DNA of 64,000 bases from Candidatus Bathyarchaeota archaeon (GTDB taxonomy: Archaea; Thermoproteota; Bathyarchaeia; Bathyarchaeales; Bathycorpusculaceae): assembly GCA_963702095.1 (NCBI GenBank), contig OY969706.1, positions 64,001 through 128,000 on the forward strand, given 5' to 3'. The notes beneath the pieces are model-generated. The model had not been told where the DNA came from. It saw only the letters and a list, made by a program, of their open reading frames with translations, and ran no database searches. Of this stretch, positions 59,394 through 64,000 are shown piece after piece. How positions within the stretch are numbered: the stretch's first letter is position 1; each line of letters begins with the position of its first letter. A program made the translations under genes and the position numbers.

Positions 59394-60015
59394 TCTTCTT
59401 TACCTCCGAGACAACGCTATAGAGCTTTAAAATGTCATCTATCCAAGTGTCAGAGCCTGTGGGAACAACCGCTATCTTCTCCTTGGGCACCTTGTAGATG
59501 CGGACGATTTCGTCTCTCATCCACTCAGATTTTGCACAAACCATCTTGGTTTCATAGAAGCCAAGCCACTCTATACTTTTAATAGCCATGTTGTAAGAGG
59601 AGTTTGCGGTTGGAGACCGATGGTCCTCTAGGCTTTCAACAGAGTAAACAAAAGGGATTCCTAACGCATTCTTCAACGTTACAGCGGCAGGTATAAAATG
59701 CCAATCGAATACATCGATTAAATCGACTTTTTTGTTTTTGTCGTAGTGGAGGTTGGCTGCTACCCGTTCAACTTCTTGGTTTAAGGTAAGTACCCATGTT
59801 AAGACGCCGATGTGGGTTTTTACTGGGTTAGTGACGCGGATGGTTTTTACTCCGCTGGGTTCCTCCGTTAAACCCGTGGAGCTATCATCGTAGGTGACAA
59901 CCGTTACGTCAACTTTGTGGGCGCTAAGCTGGGTTGTTAAGGATTTGACGTACCCAGAAAGTTGACCTACCACCCTAGGCGGGTACTCCCAAGAGAAAAC
60001 GATGGTACGCAGCAT
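59383..60015 (-). CDS. GT4 N-terminal-domain-only protein
   Basis: SWEYPPRVVG but no C-terminal EPFG domain; HAHDW replaced by DVFDW. Confidence 0.75.
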   Translation of the reverse strand: MLRTIVFSWEYPPRVVGQLSGYVKSLTTQLSAHKVDVTVVTYDDSSTGLTEEPSGVKTIRVTNPVKTHIGVLTWVLTLNQEVERVAANLHYDKNKKVDLIDVFDWHFIPAAVTLKNALGIPFVYSVESLEDHRSPTANSSYNMAIKSIEWLGFYETKMVCAKSEWMRDEIVRIYKVPKEKIAVVPTGSDTWIDDILKLYSVVSEVKKNAT

Positions 60016-60025
60016 GTATCCCCTT

Positions 60026-60283
60026 CTAAGTGAACAGTGAACAGACTTTAATTATTCCTCGTCCGTTGAGATAATATCTTTTTTTGCCTTCACCGTCGAC
60101 GAAGCCTTCAGCGAACCCCTCGGACTTATAACGGTCCAAGATACTCTCGATTTCATCTGGGTCCTTCTGCAGCAACCGCGCCACCTCGTCGCCTCGCCGT
60201 GCCAAATCAGGCGCTGTGGCACAGAGGTTGTGAAGGGTCTGCAAAACCTTGTCTGGAAACGGAAGCTCTTCTCTCATGTACAA
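60026..60283 (-). CDS. Small wHTH-like protein
   Basis: EVARLLQKDPDEIESILDRY...YYLNGRG. Confidence 0.6.
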   Translation of the reverse strand: MYMREELPFPDKVLQTLHNLCATAPDLARRGDEVARLLQKDPDEIESILDRYKSEGFAEGFVDGEGKKRYYLNGRGIIKVCSLFT

Positions 60284-60340
60284 TGCACCAATTCAATATA
60301 CAGCGATTTATCTTAATAAACGCTGACATCGCATATGCAC

Positions 60341-61883
60341 CTAAGAAAGTTGCGTTGCATCAAGCACTTCCTTGCTCTGAGTCACAAACCGCTTCTTTGA
60401 GGCAGCGATGAGGGCGTTTCTCAGTTTTTCGCCTTTCTGTGCTTTTAAGCCTTTGAACGTATCAGCCAACTTTGCGTCTTTAAGCGAGAACCTTGCCCAA
60501 CTTTCAAAGTCACCATTACCCGTGTGAAACTCAACTGCTGCTAAAGCGACGTCTTCGAGCGCTTTAATGAAGCCCTTAAGACTCCAAGCCATCACACCAG
60601 TGTATTTTTCTTCGCCTACACCCGTGTAGAACATAAACGGTTCATTAGCTGTCAAAATAGCCAAACGCAATCTAACTTCAAAGTCGTTTAGAAGAGTCTG
60701 AGCAGCTACGAAGGCATCCATAGGTGACTCATAGGGGCTGAAGTAGGAATGCACTTCGCCGGGTCCGCCGCCAGCTGTGAACATGTAGTAGAGGTGGTCG
60801 CTGGTTTGGAAATCACGCCATAACCGCAGAAACTCGGGGTCCTCTGCTTCTTTGATGAACGGTTCAAGCCTGCGTAGACTGGTATAGTAAGCCCACTGCA
60901 TAACGTTGCCAAGCCAACCGGATTGGTCACGCTGCACATCCGCCCAAGAAACGGTACCCCCGGCTTCAGGCACATCCAACTCTCCTTCTGAATCATGTTT
61001 CTCTACAACTTCAGTCGGCGTAGCCATCCTTAGGTGATCAAAATTCAGGATTTCATCTGGTAGGTGTCTGAGGAAACTGTGGATGCCGGTTTCGGGCCAA
61101 TGGTGTTCACCGAAGGTTTCGTAGTCAGGGAAGATGTTGATGAGTTCTCCCTTGGTTGTGGCTAACCAACTGGCGTATTTGGGGGCGGTCAGAGGCGACT
61201 ACAGGCCACCATCGTGCGGAGAAGCGGAAGCCGATGTCGTCGGTTAACTTGTAATTGCGTAGTAGAACTCGGATTTTTTTGGTGCCTTTTGGAGTGTAGA
61301 TGAAGTTTGGGGATTTCTCTCCCAATATTTTCTCTACACCCTCGGTGTATATGCCTTTGTACCCCATGTCTTCGACGGTTTTGGCGATGGTGTTATTGTA
61401 GAGTAATTCGGTGTTTTCGAAGACGACTGGGGTGTAGCCGAGAAGGTCTTTGATGGTTTGCTTGTGCAGTTGGGCTTGAGCGATGAATTCTTCTTTGTCG
61501 GGGTAGAGGCTGGCGATGGAGTGGTAGTAGGTTTGGTTGAGAAACTCAACGCATCCTGTTTTGGATAGTTCCCGAAAAGTCTCCAGCAAATCCTTATCAA
61601 ACATTTCACATTGTTCCAAAAACACGCCTGAGAGGCTAAACGAGAATTTGGCTTGTTTTCGACTGCGTTTGTGGCGGTCGATTACGTCGAGGATTATTTG
61701 GTTGGAGGGATAGTAGCATTTTCTTGCGGCGCGTTTAAAGATGTCTTGGTCGACTTCTTGGTCGAAGTAGTAGTTGAAGAGTTCTTCTTTGGTTTGGCGC
61801 CGAAACACTTTGCCTTCCCAAAACAGTTTTCGCCGCAGCCTATGGGGCTGGTGGACTTCAAAGACAAACACTATATCCGTCAT
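60341..61883 (-). CDS. GH57 alpha-amylase/glucan hydrolase with C-terminal DUF5752-like domain; apparent frameshift near 61200
   Basis: FEVHQP, TYYHS, NTEL, DDIGFRFS, DYETFGEH (bridging frame), SWAD, QTSDH. Confidence 0.88.
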
Positions 61884-62029
61884 AACTAATCCTCATAACT
61901 AAAACAAGTATTCATGCTTGGGTTATTTAATTTATGTCCGAATCTGCTCTTAACTCATTTACTTTCTTGAATGTACCTATTGAAAAAGCTTTAATGCCCA
62001 TGTAGCCCATTGTAGTTAAAGCGGTTGGC

Positions 62030-63316
62030 ATGCCCGAGGGTAAAGAAGAAATCTACTCTATCATGTTCAGTTCACTTAAGCATCCTGCACGCCGCAAAAT
62101 CCTCCGCATACTCGCCGACAAACCCCTAGCATTCTCCGAGATGCTTGAGTTACTTGGCATCTCCAGCTCCAACCTGACCTACCACCTTGATAGCTTGGGT
62201 GAACTGGTCTCTAAAGACGAAAACGGCGTGTATAGGCTATCAACTTTTGGGAAGGCTTCGGTTAGCACCATGAAGATTGTTGAAGAAGCTCCCGAAGTGC
62301 AAACCCGAAAAACACGCAACGGTGCATCCCGCAAATGGAGAATGTTAACAGCAGTGCTGCTTATCACCATAATCTCGGTTTCAAGCGTCTATGCCCTGCA
62401 GTTTAACGCGATGACGCAAGCCACAAGCGACCGAGACGCTTTGCAGGCAAAGTATGATCAACTCTTGGCTTGGAGTACAACCACCAACAGCGCCTTAGAT
62501 TTCCTCCAAAACGTCGTTCAAATCGATGTTTCTAAATACCAAGAAACCCTTCTCAGCCGGACGATAGAGACCAAAAAAGACTTGGAGGGAGTTATTGAGG
62601 AAACCATGCATTACTCGCTTAGCAGTAGTGACAGCAAACTAGATGTTGTGTTCATTTTCCGTAATAACAAGCTTTCCCAGTATCAGTTGACCCCTCTTGA
62701 GGGAGCACCGATTTATTCAGTGGCTCAATCTCACGTTGTCTTAGACACCGCCAATTATCTACTGGATAGGTACAAAGCCTATCAGGGCGGCGCCTACCTT
62801 GATAACATGAGCCGAATTTTAGCAATAGCTAACGCGTCGCCGAACATCGAAATCAAAGAGGGCAATCTTAAAATGAACGCCAGCTTCGTCACTGCAGACG
62901 ACGCTCAAATCGCCATCATGTACACAGAAAACAACGTTGACTTTTCACCCAAAAGCTTAAGCCTCCTATTTCAGGGACGCACATTAACCAAGCTTGTCGA
63001 TGACTATTCACTCTACACCATCGGAAGCACTACTCTCAAGATTTCTAGTGAGCGCGCCACTGAGTTAGCGAAGAGTACTATCAACGGTTTCACTTACAGC
63101 GCGAATGGATTGGTGATCTCTAACTTTAAGACTATATCTGATCCTGCACCTGTTGTAAGCTTCCAGTCCAGCACTAAAAACGATTTAGCGCTCTACCCAC
63201 AGTACAAAATTATCTATTACCTAGACAAGGTCTACGCGAACAACTATTACCGTATCGCGGTGACGATTTGGGCTGACACTGGCGAAGTTGCGTCGATACA
63301 GCCACTGAACTACTAA
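62030..63316 (+). CDS. ArsR-type wHTH / TM / extracellular-domain protein
   Basis: LKHPARRKIL...SSNLTYHL; central TM. Confidence 0.8.
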   Translation: MPEGKEEIYSIMFSSLKHPARRKILRILADKPLAFSEMLELLGISSSNLTYHLDSLGELVSKDENGVYRLSTFGKASVSTMKIVEEAPEVQTRKTRNGASRKWRMLTAVLLITIISVSSVYALQFNAMTQATSDRDALQAKYDQLLAWSTTTNSALDFLQNVVQIDVSKYQETLLSRTIETKKDLEGVIEETMHYSLSSSDSKLDVVFIFRNNKLSQYQLTPLEGAPIYSVAQSHVVLDTANYLLDRYKAYQGGAYLDNMSRILAIANASPNIEIKEGNLKMNASFVTADDAQIAIMYTENNVDFSPKSLSLLFQGRTLTKLVDDYSLYTIGSTTLKISSERATELAKSTINGFTYSANGLVISNFKTISDPAPVVSFQSSTKNDLALYPQYKIIYYLDKVYANNYYRIAVTIWADTGEVASIQPLNY

Positions 63317-63408
63317 ACAGAAAGACGAAAATCAGGTTTGAATTGGTAACGCATTTTGCAGGCTGACTTGGGAAAAATTTTATATGAAGAGCCGTTGACT
63401 ACTCAAAC

Positions 63409-64000
63409 ATGGCTCCTAATAAAAAACGTCAAAACAAGCAAACGCCGAAAAAAGGAATGCAGAAAAAATCTAACAAGACAACATGGTATGCAATAGTTGC
63501 CATAACGATTATTCTAGTTATTTTTGGAGCATTAGCTGCAACGGGACAGCTAGGTAACAGCACAAGCACCACAAGCAATACAGCCACCCCCACGGCGACA
63601 CCTGCCACCACCGCTACCCCGATACCTGCTTCGTCTGACCCCTACGCAAGCGCAACAGAGGTCCTACTTCACACAAGCATGGGCGACATAACCATCGCGC
63701 TCAGAAACGACATGCCCATAACAACGGCAAACTTCATAAACCTTGTAGAGGAGGGCAAATACGACAACACCATCTTCCACCGCGTTATCGAGGGTTTCAT
63801 GATTCAAGGCGGAGACCCCACCGGCACAGGATACGGCGACTCATCGATACCCACAATCCAAGACGAATTCACAACCACCAACCACAACTACAACGGCACC
63901 ATAGCCATGGCTAACACAGGTCAACCCAACACTGGAAGCAGCCAATTCTTCATCAACGTCGCAGACAACAACAACCTCTACTCAGCATTTGATAGCGCCT
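63409..64000 (+). CDS. Membrane-anchored cyclophilin-type PPIase (runs off window)
   Basis: Manual translation: N-terminal TM, Thr/Pro linker, FHRVIEGFMIQGGDPTGTG, AMAN, SQFFIN. Confidence 0.92.
   Translation, partial: MAPNKKRQNKQTPKKGMQKKSNKTTWYAIVAITIILVIFGALAATGQLGNSTSTTSNTATPTATPATTATPIPASSDPYASATEVLLHTSMGDITIALRNDMPITTANFINLVEEGKYDNTIFHRVIEGFMIQGGDPTGTGYGDSSIPTIQDEFTTTNHNYNGTIAMANTGQPNTGSSQFFINVADNNNLYSAFDSA

Noticed and set aside
2087-61883. Seven frameshifted genes as pseudogenes or programmed frameshifts
   Set aside because: All breaks map to GGCC sites in otherwise intact genes and lack slippery-site signals; sequencing artefact is more parsimonious.

Overview
Archaeal chromosomal window, probably Bathyarchaeia. 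That assignment is inferred from rps26e, rpl35ae, Alba, a GPN-loop GTPase, the MtrH-like/corrinoid gene pair and frequent TTG/GTG starts. A housekeeping backbone carries two tyrosine-recombinase elements. Element 1 (~10.6 kb, AT-rich, 11500-22064) has imperfect terminal inverted repeats. It carries an archaeal graspetide-type RiPP locus (precursor, ATP-grasp ligase, 3-TM protein, 25-aa micro-ORF), an ATPase-wHTH protein, a recurring 15-16 bp palindromic motif and a ~200-nt multi-helix, possibly pseudoknotted RNA candidate antisense to its neighbours. Element 2 (3996 bp, 49780-53790) sits in the first codons of the endonuclease Q gene via a 15-bp att core and supplies a replacement start; it also ends in a compact structured-RNA candidate. 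A diverged ~200-500 bp intergenic repeat with a conserved hairpin occurs five times. Seven genes carry frameshifts that all map to actual or reconstructable GGCC sites, which suggests methylation-linked sequencing errors rather than pseudogenes. No rRNA, tRNA or CRISPR array was recognised. All family calls come from motif recognition by eye, not from database searches.
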